From the NCBI GenBank assembly GCA_017647405.1, contig JAGCKR010000064.1, positions 9,988-73,987 of the forward strand: a DNA stretch of 64,000 bases, in the 5' to 3' direction. Below are positions 26,967-36,290 of the stretch, one piece after another. The stretch comes from Alphaproteobacteria bacterium (GTDB taxonomy: Bacteria > Pseudomonadota > Alphaproteobacteria > CAAHEQ01 > UBA3637). A model generated the notes under the pieces. It did not search any database. It was not told the origin of the DNA and saw only the letters and a program-made list of their open reading frames with translations. The translations under genes and the position numbers were made by a program. Within the stretch, counting starts at the first letter, position 1. Every line of letters begins with the position of its first letter.

Positions 26967-27619
26967 TGACGTTTTTAACCCTTGAAGAACAAACCGAAAA
27001 ACTTAAAAAAGAAGGAAATGATTTATTTAAAAAAAGTCCGACTTTTTTAAGAGGGGTGGCCAGTGTTGATCAACTACCGGTTACTCAATTACCTGAATTT
27101 GCCTTTGCTGGTCGATCAAATGTTGGTAAATCATCCTTGATTAATGCTGTTACCATGACAAGAGGTTTAGCAAGGGCATCTAATACACCGGGACGAACTC
27201 AAGAACTTAATTTTTTTGATGCTGATGGGCAATTCTATATTGTTGATTTGCCTGGGTATGGCTATGCGGCAGCACCTGAAAAAATGGTTCAGGCGTGGAC
27301 GCGTTTGATTCATGATTATTTGCGAGGACGTGTGCAATTAAAAAGGGTTTTTTTATTAATTGATTCGCGTCATGGGATAAAAGAAGTTGATGTAAAAATT
27401 ATGAAAATGTTGGATGCAGCAGCTGTTAGTTATCAGATTATTTTAACAAAGATTGATAAAATTTCAAAAACGGCTTGTGAAAAAGTTTTGGCTGAAACAG
27501 TTGAAAAAGCAAGAATGCATGTAGCGGCTTATCCTGAAATTTTAGTAACAAGTTCTGAAAAAAATATCAATATTGAGGCGGTTCGTTCCCAGTTTGTGAA
27601 AGTTTTGAAGGGTATATAA
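26966..27619 (+). CDS. engB: Ribosome biogenesis GTPase EngB/YsxC
   Basis: AFAGRSNVGKSSLINA, DLPGYGYA and TKIDK motifs. Confidence 0.9.
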   Translation: MTFLTLEEQTEKLKKEGNDLFKKSPTFLRGVASVDQLPVTQLPEFAFAGRSNVGKSSLINAVTMTRGLARASNTPGRTQELNFFDADGQFYIVDLPGYGYAAAPEKMVQAWTRLIHDYLRGRVQLKRVFLLIDSRHGIKEVDVKIMKMLDAAAVSYQIILTKIDKISKTACEKVLAETVEKARMHVAAYPEILVTSSEKNINIEAVRSQFVKVLKGI

Positions 27620-27620
27620 A

Positions 27621-28946
27621 ATGGCATATTCAATGGCTGAAACAATTTATGCATTATCGTCAGGAGCTGGAAAAGGTGGTGTAGCTGTTATCAGGCTTTC
27701 TGGAAAAGAAGCATTGACTGTTTTTGAAGAAATGACGCAAATTAAAAATCCTAAACCAAGATATGCTTATTTTTCAAAATTAATGAATCGGGATGGGGTA
27801 GAGATTGATCAGGCGCTTTGTCTTTATTTCAAAGGTCCAAACAGTTTTACGGGGGAAGATACCGTTGAGTTTCAGGTTCATGGTGGGCAAGGGGTTATTA
27901 CTGCTCTTTTTAAAGCATTATCCGGTTTTAAAAATTTGCGTCCGGCAGAAGCTGGCGAATTTTCAAGAAGAGCCGTTGTATATGGTAAAATGGATCTAAC
28001 TGCTGCCGAAGGGTTGATGGATTTAATTGATGCGCAAACAGAATTGCAACGTAAACAAGCTTTAACACAAATGCAAGGTGTGTTAGGTTCGTTGTATGAA
28101 AATTGGCGTCAGGCCTTGGTGCATGATATGGCATATTTAGAGGCTTTTATTGATTTTCCAGAAGAAGATATTCCACCTGAAAAAATGGATGTTATTGATA
28201 AAGGCATTCAAGAACTTATTCAAAAAATTGAAATGCATTTAAAAGATAATCAAAAAGGTGAACGGTTGAGAAATGGTTTTCAAATTGCTATTGTTGGAGA
28301 GCCGAATGTTGGTAAATCATCTTTAATTAATCTGCTTTCAAAAAGGGATGTTGCTATTGTTTCGGATATTGCAGGAACAACAAGGGATGTTGTTGAAAGT
28401 TATTTGGATATAGATGGGTTCCCTGTTTGTTTGGCGGATACAGCTGGACTTCGTGAAAGTTTAGAGGCTATTGAAGCCGAAGGGATTAAAAGAGCTGTTC
28501 GAAAAGCAGAAAGTTCAGATTTAATTTTGCATGTGGTAGATATTGCGTCTTACCCGAATAAAGAACCACTCCCGCAAGAGCTTGAAAATATTCCGGTTAT
28601 TACTATTTGGAATAAGCTTGATATCGTTCATAGAAAATCACAATCAGGTGAAATTTTTATGAGTGCTAAAACAGGTGAGGGCTTTAAGGAATTACAGACA
28701 ACCATTTCAAATTTCCTTAAAGAAAATTTTGCACCGGACAGTAATGGCGTTATTACAAGAGAGCGATATCGTATTGCTTTAAAAGATTGTTTACTTGCAT
28801 TAAAAAGCGCATTAGTTGCGCCAGAAATTGAGTTGAAAGCCGAAGATTTAAGATTGGCTGCTCGTGCATTAGGTCGCATTGTTGGAAAGATTGAAATGGA
28901 TGAACTTCTTGATGTTGTGTTCCGTGACTTTTGCATTGGAAAATAA
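27621..28946 (+). CDS. mnmE: tRNA modification GTPase MnmE
   Basis: GEPNVGKSSLIN, DTAGLRE and the C-terminal FCIGK motif. Confidence 0.95.
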   Translation: MAYSMAETIYALSSGAGKGGVAVIRLSGKEALTVFEEMTQIKNPKPRYAYFSKLMNRDGVEIDQALCLYFKGPNSFTGEDTVEFQVHGGQGVITALFKALSGFKNLRPAEAGEFSRRAVVYGKMDLTAAEGLMDLIDAQTELQRKQALTQMQGVLGSLYENWRQALVHDMAYLEAFIDFPEEDIPPEKMDVIDKGIQELIQKIEMHLKDNQKGERLRNGFQIAIVGEPNVGKSSLINLLSKRDVAIVSDIAGTTRDVVESYLDIDGFPVCLADTAGLRESLEAIEAEGIKRAVRKAESSDLILHVVDIASYPNKEPLPQELENIPVITIWNKLDIVHRKSQSGEIFMSAKTGEGFKELQTTISNFLKENFAPDSNGVITRERYRIALKDCLLALKSALVAPEIELKAEDLRLAARALGRIVGKIEMDELLDVVFRDFCIGK

Positions 28947-28969
28947 AAATATTAAAATAAAAGAAAATA

Positions 28970-28998
28970 TTGACATAATGTTGCTTGTATGGTAATAT
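28970..28998 (+). promoter_or_regulatory. Putative sigma70-type promoter upstream of mnmG
   Basis: TTGACA (28970-28975), 17-nt spacer, TAATAT (28993-28998). Confidence 0.45.
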
Positions 28999-29004
28999 TC
29001 ATGT

Positions 29005-29039
29005 ACCCGTTTTATCAGGGAGGAAGGATAAAACGGGTC
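29005..29039 (+). other. Perfect 12-bp hairpin (leader structure or mnmE terminator)
   Basis: ACCCGTTTTATC-AGGGAGGAAG-GATAAAACGGGT followed by CTTGTTTATT. Confidence 0.6.
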
Positions 29040-29155
29040 TTGTTTATTAAGGTAAAAAAGAAAATGATGCGCAAAGGATAAATTGTATCTGTTTACTTTG
29101 ACTTTACTTTTTGATAATAAACGGATATAATTTAAAAAAATTAAGGAAAATGAAA

Positions 29156-31003
29156 ATGAAACAATATGATGTAATTGTTATTGGTGGTGGGCATGCAGGA
29201 TGTGAAGCAGCAGCTGCATCTGCAAGAGTTGGTGCGCAAACGCTTTTGGTAACTCATCATATTGAAACAATTGCAGATATGTCTTGCAATCCGGCAATTG
29301 GTGGATTGGGAAAAGGAACTTTGGTCAGGGAGATTGATGCTCTTGATGGGTTGATGGGGCATGTGATTGATAAAACAGGAATTCAGTTTCGCATTCTTAA
29401 TCGTTCCAAGGGTCCGGCTGTTCAAGGTCCACGTGCCCAAGCTGATAAAGATGCTTATAAAAAATATATGCAAGAAATTTTGCTTTCCTATCCGAATTTA
29501 AAAATTAAAGAAGGTGATGCTGGAAATTTGATTTTTGAAGATGGTCAAATTAAAGGTGTTCAAGTGGGAGATGAAGAAATTTTTGCTTCTGCTATTGTTG
29601 TTACAACGGGGACATTTTTAAACGGGTTGATGCATATCGGACCCGAAAAAATTGAAGGAGGGCGTTTTGGGGAAGAAGCTTCCAAGGGGATTACGCCATC
29701 ATTAAAAGAAATGGGTTTTCAAATGGGGCGATTAAAAACGGGAACGCCTGCAAGGTTGGATAAAGATTCCATTAATTGGGAGTTGACCGAAGAGCAAGAA
29801 GGTGATTATCCGCCTAAACCGTTTTCATTTATGACAAAGGATTTTGAGCCAAAACAGATTTCTTGTTTTATTACGCATACAACGCTTGAAACACACAAAA
29901 TCATTTTGGATAATTTGGATAGAGCTCCTCTTTATTGTGGGCAGATTAATTCAATAGGCCCAAGATATTGCCCAAGTATTGAAGATAAGCTTGTTCGTTT
30001 TCAAGGGCGCGAATCACATCATATTTTTTTAGAACCGGAAACAAGAGATGGTATCAGCATTTATCCAAATGGGATTTCTACCTCTCTTCCAAAAGATGTT
30101 CAAGAAGCTTTTTTAAGAAGTATTCCGGGACTTGAAAACGTTAAAATTTTAAGATATGCCTACGCGATCGAATATGATTATGTGGATCCGCGGGAATTAA
30201 AATTAACACTGGAAACAAGAAAAATTAAGGGACTTTATCTGGCGGGTCAAATTAACGGAACAACTGGGTATGAAGAAGCGGCCGGGCAGGGACTTTTAGC
30301 TGGGGTGAATGCCGCGCATTTTGCTTTGAAAACAGGAAAAGAATTAACATTTGATAGGGCTGATTCCTATTTAGGGGTGATGATTGATGATATCACAACG
30401 CAAGGCATTGACGAGCCTTATCGTTTATTTACATCCAGAGCGGAATATCGTTTAACAATGCGTGCAGATAATGCAGATTTAAGATTAACGCGTTTGGGAA
30501 TTGAATATGGTTGTGTGGGGAAAGAGCGCGCTCAAGTTTTTCTTGAAAAAGAGGCCTTGATGAATAAATCAAGAGATTTGGTTTTAACATTGTTTAGAAC
30601 ACCAAAAGAACTTAATCAAATGGGGTATATGGTAAATTCTGATGGGCAAAAACGAAATCCATTTGATTTACTATCTTGTCAGGGAATAACTTGGTCTGAT
30701 GTTATTAAAGTTTGGCCGGTTTTGAAAGATATCAGGGATGATGTTGCCGAGCAACTTGAAATTGAAGGGCGGTATCAAGGATATTTAAATCGTCAAAAAA
30801 CGGATATTGATTCATTCAAAAAGGATGAAGCATTAAAAATTCCTGAGGATATTGATTATTCACTTGTTGGTGGGCTTTCAAATGAAATTCAAATGCGTTT
30901 GAATCGGCATCGGCCACTCACAATCGGGGCGATGAATCGGTTAATGGGAATAACGCCTGCAGCTGTAACGGCAGTTATTGCATATTTGAAAAAAAATAAA
31001 TAA
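29156..31003 (+). CDS. mnmG: tRNA uridine 5-carboxymethylaminomethyl modification enzyme MnmG (GidA)
   Basis: [22 protein letters not shown] fold with collinear GidA motifs throughout. ATG 29156 has AAGGA 8 nt upstream. Confidence 0.95.
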   Translation: MKQYDVIVIGGGHAGCEAAAASARVGAQTLLVTHHIETIADMSCNPAIGGLGKGTLVREIDALDGLMGHVIDKTGIQFRILNRSKGPAVQGPRAQADKDAYKKYMQEILLSYPNLKIKEGDAGNLIFEDGQIKGVQVGDEEIFASAIVVTTGTFLNGLMHIGPEKIEGGRFGEEASKGITPSLKEMGFQMGRLKTGTPARLDKDSINWELTEEQEGDYPPKPFSFMTKDFEPKQISCFITHTTLETHKIILDNLDRAPLYCGQINSIGPRYCPSIEDKLVRFQGRESHHIFLEPETRDGISIYPNGISTSLPKDVQEAFLRSIPGLENVKILRYAYAIEYDYVDPRELKLTLETRKIKGLYLAGQINGTTGYEEAAGQGLLAGVNAAHFALKTGKELTFDRADSYLGVMIDDITTQGIDEPYRLFTSRAEYRLTMRADNADLRLTRLGIEYGCVGKERAQVFLEKEALMNKSRDLVLTLFRTPKELNQMGYMVNSDGQKRNPFDLLSCQGITWSDVIKVWPVLKDIRDDVAEQLEIEGRYQGYLNRQKTDIDSFKKDEALKIPEDIDYSLVGGLSNEIQMRLNRHRPLTIGAMNRLMGITPAAVTAVIAYLKKNK

Positions 31004-31132
31004 GATTTTTTTGATTTTCTTTGTTCTCTTGACAAATCTTTTTTCGAAACACACCTATAACAGTGATTGATAAGGCTTTCACGCCTTTATAAATAATGCT
31101 TTTTAACCAATTACTTATTTGGGGGTTTGTAT

Positions 31133-31396
31133 ATGAAACAGGAAATAAATAAAGATTTATGTTTATCTCAAGAAGAAAGAAAAATTTTAAAACAGGAAAT
31201 TGCTGTTGCTTGGGATGAAATGCCTCTTGAATTAAAAGAGTTTATTGTGGAAGCTCATCAGCAAAACTTAAAAACACTTTATATGTTGCAAGATTGGGCA
31301 AAGAAAAATAATCATGAAACAATGCTGGAATTATTATCAAGGAAAATAGCATATAAAGAGGAGAAGATTCAAAAAATGGAATCCTCCTTAAAGTAA
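31133..31396 (+). CDS. Hypothetical small protein
   Basis: 87-aa ORF with a GGGGG RBS 7 nt upstream of ATG 31133. Immediately upstream of the LuxR-type gene. Confidence 0.4.
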   Translation: MKQEINKDLCLSQEERKILKQEIAVAWDEMPLELKEFIVEAHQQNLKTLYMLQDWAKKNNHETMLELLSRKIAYKEEKIQKMESSLK

Positions 31397-31408
31397 CAGG
31401 AGTAAAAA

Positions 31409-31654
31409 ATGAATCAAAGTATCAGACCGTATCAAAAAGAAGCATATTCGCTTGGAGATGGCACTTTTTTATCTGAAAGGCAAGTAGCTGTTTTAAACCA
31501 ATTAGCTCAGGGATTGTCAAATAAACAGATAGCGCATATTTTGGGTGTTGCAGAACCGACTATAAAAATGCATGTCAGTTCTCTTTTAAGAGCTTTTAAA
31601 GTGCAAAATCGTGTTCAAATTTTATTAAAAGCGAAAGAAAAAAATTTTGTTTAG
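31409..31654 (+). CDS. LuxR/GerE-type HTH protein (no receiver or ligand domain)
   Basis: LSERQVAVLNQLAQGLSNKQIAHILGVAEPTIKMHVSSLLRAFKVQNRVQ. Confidence 0.7.
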   Translation: MNQSIRPYQKEAYSLGDGTFLSERQVAVLNQLAQGLSNKQIAHILGVAEPTIKMHVSSLLRAFKVQNRVQILLKAKEKNFV

Positions 31655-31680
31655 TCAAAAATAAAGAGGAATATTTTTTT

Positions 31681-31713
31681 TATCCGGTTTACATTTAAGC
31701 CGGATATTTTTTT
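31681..31713 (+). terminator. Rho-independent terminator
   Basis: ATCCGG-13 nt-CCGGAT followed by a T-run. Confidence 0.65.
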
Positions 31714-31799
31714 GACTTTTGAATAAAAATAAATTTGATTTTAACATGAAAGTTTGATAGTGTTTTAGTAGTTTTAAATTATTTTTTTTAGAGGGTTAA

Positions 31800-33380
31800 A
31801 TGAAAAAATCACAGTTGTTCTTATATAGCGCTTTAAGTTTTTGTTTTGTTTGGATGAATGGGGGGCAAGGATTTGCAACCGAGGCAAAAAAAGCGCCGGA
31901 TCAAAAATCAACAGAAGCAAAAAAAACAATCGAAGTGCCGGTATATACGAAAGATGATGTGGTTTTTCAAAGCCCTTTTATGCTGAAAAAATCAGATAAA
32001 ACACCGGTAAATGGAATTTTACAAAGAACATATCCCAGTGGAAAAATTGAAGCAAAGGCTTTCTTTTTTAATGGATTACCACATGGGGAAAGTGTCACTT
32101 ATTATGAAAATGGTCAAACAAAAACCATTGAAAAATATAATCAGGGGCGGTTGCATGGAAAATCAGTTTCCTATTATGAAAACGGTAAACTTTTAAATGA
32201 ATCTTATTTTAACATGGGATTGCCGGAAGGTTTATCAAAAGTTTATTACCAAAGCGGGTCTGTTCAATATGCAACAATGTATAAAAATGGTAAACGTAAT
32301 GGTGAAGATAAGGCTTATTTTGATGGAGATAAGTTGCAACGTGTTCGGGTTTATACAGATGGTTATTTAGATGGTGAAGTGAAAGAATATTATGAAAACG
32401 GTAAATTAAAAGGAGAGGGGCTTTTCAAAAAAGAGGGGCCCGAAGGGATTGTTAAAACATATTATGAAAATGGCAAGTTACGTACTGAAGAAGGGTATAA
32501 AGCCGGTAAAAAAGATGGTTTTTCAAAATCTTATTATGATTTTGGTCAGTTGATGCAAGAAGAAGAATATAAAGAGGATATGTTGGCCGGTGTTTCTAAA
32601 ACATATTATGAAGACGGAAGTATCGAAAAAGAAGTTTTTTATAAAGATGGTAAACAAAACGGAACGGCTAAAGTTTTTTATAACACTGGTCAATTAAAGT
32701 TAGAAGGCAATTATAAAGATGATAAAATTGAGGGAAAACTGACAACCTATTATTTGGATGGCAATGTTCAATCCAGTGTTGAAATGAAAAATGGTGTTTT
32801 GGATGGTAAATTAGTTGAATTTTATGAAAATGGTCAGGTTGCTCTTGAAAAAAATTATAAAAACGGATCAGAAGAAGGCCCTGTTGTAGCTTATTATCCA
32901 ACCGGAAAAGTGAAGATGACAACGCTTTTTAAAGCGGGGAAAAAAGATGGTGAATTCGCAATTTATTATGAAGATGGAACATTAAGTACCAGAACAATGT
33001 TTAAAAATGATTTGCCTCATGGTGAGTTTAAACAATATTATCCGAGTGGCACAATCAATGTTGAAGGTATTTATGAAAATGGAAAATTAAACGGCAAGCA
33101 AACAATTTATTACAATAATGGTGTTATTCAAAGCGTTGATTTTTATAAAAATGATAAGCTTGATGGGGAAAGCAAAACCTTTTATGAATCCGGAGAATTA
33201 AGAAGTATTTCTTCATTTAAAGATGGCAAAAAAGACGGAAAAGCTAAGATTTATGATGAAGAAGGAAATCTGACTTTAGATATGGAATTTAAAATGGATG
33301 AGTTAGTTAGCGCTAAAACAAAAAAGATTTTAGAAGAAGAGGCGAAAAAAAATAAACAAGCTTCAACCCCCTCAGAATAA
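31800..33380 (+). CDS. Secreted MORN-variant (YwqK-like) repeat protein
   Basis: Signal peptide, then about 19-20 tandem ~23-aa units of the form YYENGKLK.E..YK.GK.DG. Confidence 0.8.
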   Translation: MKKSQLFLYSALSFCFVWMNGGQGFATEAKKAPDQKSTEAKKTIEVPVYTKDDVVFQSPFMLKKSDKTPVNGILQRTYPSGKIEAKAFFFNGLPHGESVTYYENGQTKTIEKYNQGRLHGKSVSYYENGKLLNESYFNMGLPEGLSKVYYQSGSVQYATMYKNGKRNGEDKAYFDGDKLQRVRVYTDGYLDGEVKEYYENGKLKGEGLFKKEGPEGIVKTYYENGKLRTEEGYKAGKKDGFSKSYYDFGQLMQEEEYKEDMLAGVSKTYYEDGSIEKEVFYKDGKQNGTAKVFYNTGQLKLEGNYKDDKIEGKLTTYYLDGNVQSSVEMKNGVLDGKLVEFYENGQVALEKNYKNGSEEGPVVAYYPTGKVKMTTLFKAGKKDGEFAIYYEDGTLSTRTMFKNDLPHGEFKQYYPSGTINVEGIYENGKLNGKQTIYYNNGVIQSVDFYKNDKLDGESKTFYESGELRSISSFKDGKKDGKAKIYDEEGNLTLDMEFKMDELVSAKTKKILEEEAKKNKQASTPSE

Positions 33381-33411
33381 ATATATTGAATTTATACAAT
33401 CTTTTTAAAAT

Positions 33412-33436
33412 AAAAGTGCTTTACAAAAGCACTTTT
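33412..33436 (+). terminator. Hairpin terminator after the MORN gene
   Basis: AAAAGTGCTT-tacaa-AAGCACTTTT. Confidence 0.55.
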
Positions 33437-33494
33437 ATCATTTATCAAATAGAAGACATATTTTTGTGTGAAACAACAAAAAAGGATTTTAATA

Positions 33495-34379
33495 ATGTTA
33501 AATTCAGTAAAAAAAATTGGTATGTGTTCTTTGGTTGTTGCAGGATTTATTTCTGTATCAGCTAATGCTGAAGAAAATCCATTAAATGAACCTCAATGGC
33601 GTTTGAATTTCAGACGGGTAGGGTTGGAGTTATCTTCAACAAAAGTTTCTAATGCCAAGGAATATGAAAATTCACCGGTGACGCAATTAAATGCCGATAA
33701 TCAAAGTTTGATTAAAGGTGTTTTTGATGCGGTTTTAGAACATGAAACAAACACATATCGCTGGGATAACTCTGTTTTCTTAAATTATGGCAGAACCAAA
33801 ATTAAAGGGCATCAAGAGGGAGATGTTTCAGAAACAAGTGAAAATGAAGATAAAATTTTACTTTCGTCGGATTATACCTATAAAACATGGAAATACCGTG
33901 GAATGGATTTAGGTCCTTTTGCAAGCCTTGCCTATCAGACGGAATTTACACGCAATGAAGATGCTCCTCGTATGAAAGTTTTTCGTGGTAAGAGCGGTTT
34001 AAAATTGTTAAGCGGTAAAATTGTTGAAGAATTATATGTTGCAGGTGTTGGCGAATATGATATCACTTATAGTGATCATGTGAGTAAATTTGCACTTGAA
34101 ACAGGGTGGCGATTGGGACATACTTTAAGAGAAGGTGTTAAGTTATCCACAGATGGATATTTCAGAAAATATCTTTCTTATAGTCAATATATTGGCACCG
34201 ATTTGGAACACGATTTGAATTTGACGGCTAGAATGGATGTTGATATCACGGATACATTAACTTTTGGGCCTTATATTTCTTATCGTTTGGCGAAATCAAG
34301 AGAAGCTTCTTCTCATGCCAGCAACTTGATGATTGGTGTTTCTCTTTCATATAAAAATTTGTTTCAATTATTTAAATAA
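33495..34379 (+). CDS. Putative outer-membrane beta-barrel protein
   Basis: Signal peptide MLNSVKKIGMCSLVVAGFISVSANA, alternating amphipathic beta-strand pattern and an aromatic-rich C-terminus. Family uncertain (possibly DUF3078-like). Confidence 0.5.
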   Translation: MLNSVKKIGMCSLVVAGFISVSANAEENPLNEPQWRLNFRRVGLELSSTKVSNAKEYENSPVTQLNADNQSLIKGVFDAVLEHETNTYRWDNSVFLNYGRTKIKGHQEGDVSETSENEDKILLSSDYTYKTWKYRGMDLGPFASLAYQTEFTRNEDAPRMKVFRGKSGLKLLSGKIVEELYVAGVGEYDITYSDHVSKFALETGWRLGHTLREGVKLSTDGYFRKYLSYSQYIGTDLEHDLNLTARMDVDITDTLTFGPYISYRLAKSREASSHASNLMIGVSLSYKNLFQLFK

Positions 34380-34392
34380 AGGAGTATTTTAA

Positions 34393-34872
34393 ATGAAATT
34401 ATTAGCTGAATTTAAAAAATTTGCTATGCGCGGTAACGTGCTTGATATGGCTGTTGGTATTATCATTGGGGCTGCATTTGGAAAAATTGTAGATTCCCTT
34501 GTTAAAGATGTGATTATGCCTCCGCTTGGTATTTTGCTTGGCAAAATTGACTTTGCAAATTTATTCTTTGTTTTGAAAGATGGTGCAGGAGCTTCTGGTC
34601 CATACCATTCACTTTCAGCTGCTCAAGCTGCTGGTGCTGTCACAATGAATGTTGGTATGTTTTTAAACACGATTATCAGCTTTACAATTGTTGCTTTTGC
34701 CGTGTTTATGTTGATTAAAGCTGTGAATACATTGCAAGCTAAATTAGAAGCTCAAGAAAAAGAAGAAGCAGCTGCTGCAGAACCGACAACAAAAGATTGT
34801 CCGCACTGTTTTTCAAAAATTGATATTCGCGCTAAAAAATGTCCGCATTGTACGGGTGATATCAAAAAGTAA
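34393..34872 (+). CDS. mscL: Large-conductance mechanosensitive channel MscL with a C-terminal CxxC-x13-CxxC extension
   Basis: [28 protein letters not shown] is the canonical MscL N-terminus. The C-terminus reads [18 protein letters not shown]. Confidence 0.9.
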   Translation: MKLLAEFKKFAMRGNVLDMAVGIIIGAAFGKIVDSLVKDVIMPPLGILLGKIDFANLFFVLKDGAGASGPYHSLSAAQAAGAVTMNVGMFLNTIISFTIVAFAVFMLIKAVNTLQAKLEAQEKEEAAAAEPTTKDCPHCFSKIDIRAKKCPHCTGDIKK

Positions 34873-34885
34873 TTCTTTTTAAAAT

Positions 34886-34928
34886 AAAAAGCGGTTTTTG
34901 CAGTTGAATGGCAAGAACCGTTTTTTTT
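34886..34928. terminator. Bidirectional rho-independent terminator
   Basis: CGGTTTTTGC-9 nt-GCAAGAACCG followed by T8, between convergent mscL and the nitroreductase gene. Confidence 0.75.
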
Positions 34929-34933
34929 ATGTC

Positions 34934-35530
34934 TTATTTAAAAACATGAAGACGTTTATTGATATCTAAAAACGTTTTTTCATCAGCTTCTTTTTGAATG
35001 CCACCAAAGTTCATTTGAGCCATTAGTTTCCAAGATTGCGGCAAGTTGAATGTTTGGTAGATATATTCATCAACTAATGGATTATAATGTTGTAAATTGG
35101 CTCCTAAATTTAATTCTGCAAGTGCAAGCCAAACGGCATATTGTAACATTCCGGAGGATTGATTGCTCCAAATTTGAAAGTTGTCTTTATAAAGGGTGAA
35201 TTTTTCTTCCAAGGCTTCAAGAGTATGTTGTTCTTCAAAAAACAAAATTGTTCCAATTCCTTTTTTAAAAGAATCAATTTTTTCTTTTGTTTGTTCAAAT
35301 TTTTCTGGACTTGTTATTTTTTTTAAAGTCTTTTTTGTTGAGTTCCAGAAAGAAAGATAAGGTTCGTGGAATAAAATAACAATTCTACCGGTTTGAGAGT
35401 TAAATGCGGTGGGGGTGTATTTTAAGCACGTTTCAACAGTTTTTATAATTTCTTTTAAAGAAATATCTGTTTTTCTATTTAAATGATAAATTGAGCGGCG
35501 TTTTTGAATTAAATCCAAAAAATTTTGCAT
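34934..35530 (-). CDS. Nitroreductase-family protein
   Basis: MQNFLDLIQKRRSIYHL is a nitroreductase-type N-terminus. GGAGG RBS before ATG 35530. The track start at 35593 is rejected. Confidence 0.7.
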   Translation of the reverse strand: MQNFLDLIQKRRSIYHLNRKTDISLKEIIKTVETCLKYTPTAFNSQTGRIVILFHEPYLSFWNSTKKTLKKITSPEKFEQTKEKIDSFKKGIGTILFFEEQHTLEALEEKFTLYKDNFQIWSNQSSGMLQYAVWLALAELNLGANLQHYNPLVDEYIYQTFNLPQSWKLMAQMNFGGIQKEADEKTFLDINKRLHVFK

Positions 35531-35672
35531 TTTTCCTCCAGTAAAAAAATCTTTTAATTTATGGTAAAAAATAAATAGGATAAAATCAAGCATTTTTCAA
35601 GAGATTGAAAATGAATAAAATATAATAAAATCAATAAGAAATAAAAAAAACAAAAAATAATTAAAAAAGTTC

Positions 35673-35701
35673 TTGCATTTTTAGTAATAAAAGTGTATAA
35701 A
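35673..35701 (+). promoter_or_regulatory. Putative promoter of tRNA-Glu
   Basis: TTGCAT (35673-35678), 17-nt spacer, TATAAA (35696-35701), 16 nt before the tRNA 5' end. Confidence 0.5.
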
Positions 35702-35717
35702 ATACACATCTTACGAT

Positions 35718-35793
35718 GACCCCATCGTCTAGAGGCCTAGGACATCGCCCTTTCACGGCGGTAACCGGGGTTCGAATCCCCGTGGGGTCGCCA
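35718..35793 (+). tRNA. tRNA-Glu (anticodon UUC), CCA encoded
   Basis: Acceptor stem GACCCCA/TGGGGTC, anticodon loop CTTTCAC and T-arm GGGGTTCGAATCCCC, followed by GCCA. Confidence 0.95.
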
Positions 35794-35799
35794 ATAAAA

Positions 35800-35822
35800 A
35801 CCACCGAAAGGTGGTTTTTTTT
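35800..35822 (+). terminator. Rho-independent terminator of tRNA-Glu
   Basis: ACCACC-gaaa-GGTGGT followed by T8. Confidence 0.85.
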
Positions 35823-35946
35823 ATGGGTGAAATTCCATGGAGGGTGAGAAGCCCGGAGGGGTTCGTTCACGAAGCTGAAAGCGAAGTAGACGTCCGATTA
35901 AGGACGGTCCCGAATAAAATGAGGGACGAGCGTAAGGAACGCGAGC

Positions 35947-35986
35947 AATCCCCGTGGGGTCGCCAAATAAAACCGCCGAAGGAGTA
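35947..35986 (+). repeat. Duplicated 3' end of tRNA-Glu plus a degraded copy of its terminator
   Basis: AATCCCCGTGGGGTCGCCAA (35947-35966) is identical to 35775-35794. The next ~20 nt resemble the terminator region (aaaacc.ccgaa.gg). Confidence 0.85.
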
Positions 35987-36183
35987 ACGAGAGAGAATAT
36001 TTTGATTTATTCTAAATGAAGTTGTTGGTGAAGATGTGAAATGATAATATCTTAAAAAATATCTGCTTATTTATTTTTATTGTATATTTTTCAATGATGT
36101 TAAAGTATTTGATTGATTGTTATGATGAATCTTTCATTAATCGCGTATATTTTGTTTTATCGAAATTAATGTGGATGATAAAT

Positions 36184-36210
36184 AAAAAAAAGCACCAGTT
36201 GGTGCTTTTT
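36184..36210 (-). terminator. Rho-independent terminator of tRNA-Phe
   Basis: AGCACC-agtt-GGTGCT flanked by A8 and T6 runs. Confidence 0.8.
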
Positions 36211-36214
36211 TAAA

Positions 36215-36290
36215 TGGTGCCTGGGGACGGAATCGAACCGCCGACACAGGGATTTTCAGTCCCTTGCTCTACCAACTGAGCTACCCAGGC
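36215..36290 (-). tRNA. tRNA-Phe (anticodon GAA), CCA encoded
   Basis: Reverse complement is GCCTGGGTAGCTCAGTTGGTAGAGCAAGGGACTGAAAATCCCTGTGTCGGCGGTTCGATTCCGTCCCCAGGCACCA. Confidence 0.95.

Noticed and set aside
35661-35870. 69-aa ORF on the minus strand.
   Set aside because: It overlaps tRNA-Glu and its terminator completely. The open frame results from the GC-rich tRNA sequence.
35795-35946. Prophage or genomic island integrated at tRNA-Glu.
   Set aside because: Only ~150 bp lie between the tRNA 3' repeats, and no integrase or cargo is present. It is reported only as a scar-like repeat.
35823-35946. The GC-rich insert as a known structured RNA (SRP/4.5S, two-piece tmRNA acceptor piece, RNase P).
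   Set aside because: I could not find the conserved SRP domain IV motif (GGAA/AGCA loop context). The second tRNA-like end has no T-arm partner for a tmRNA acceptor piece. A cmsearch would be needed to settle it.
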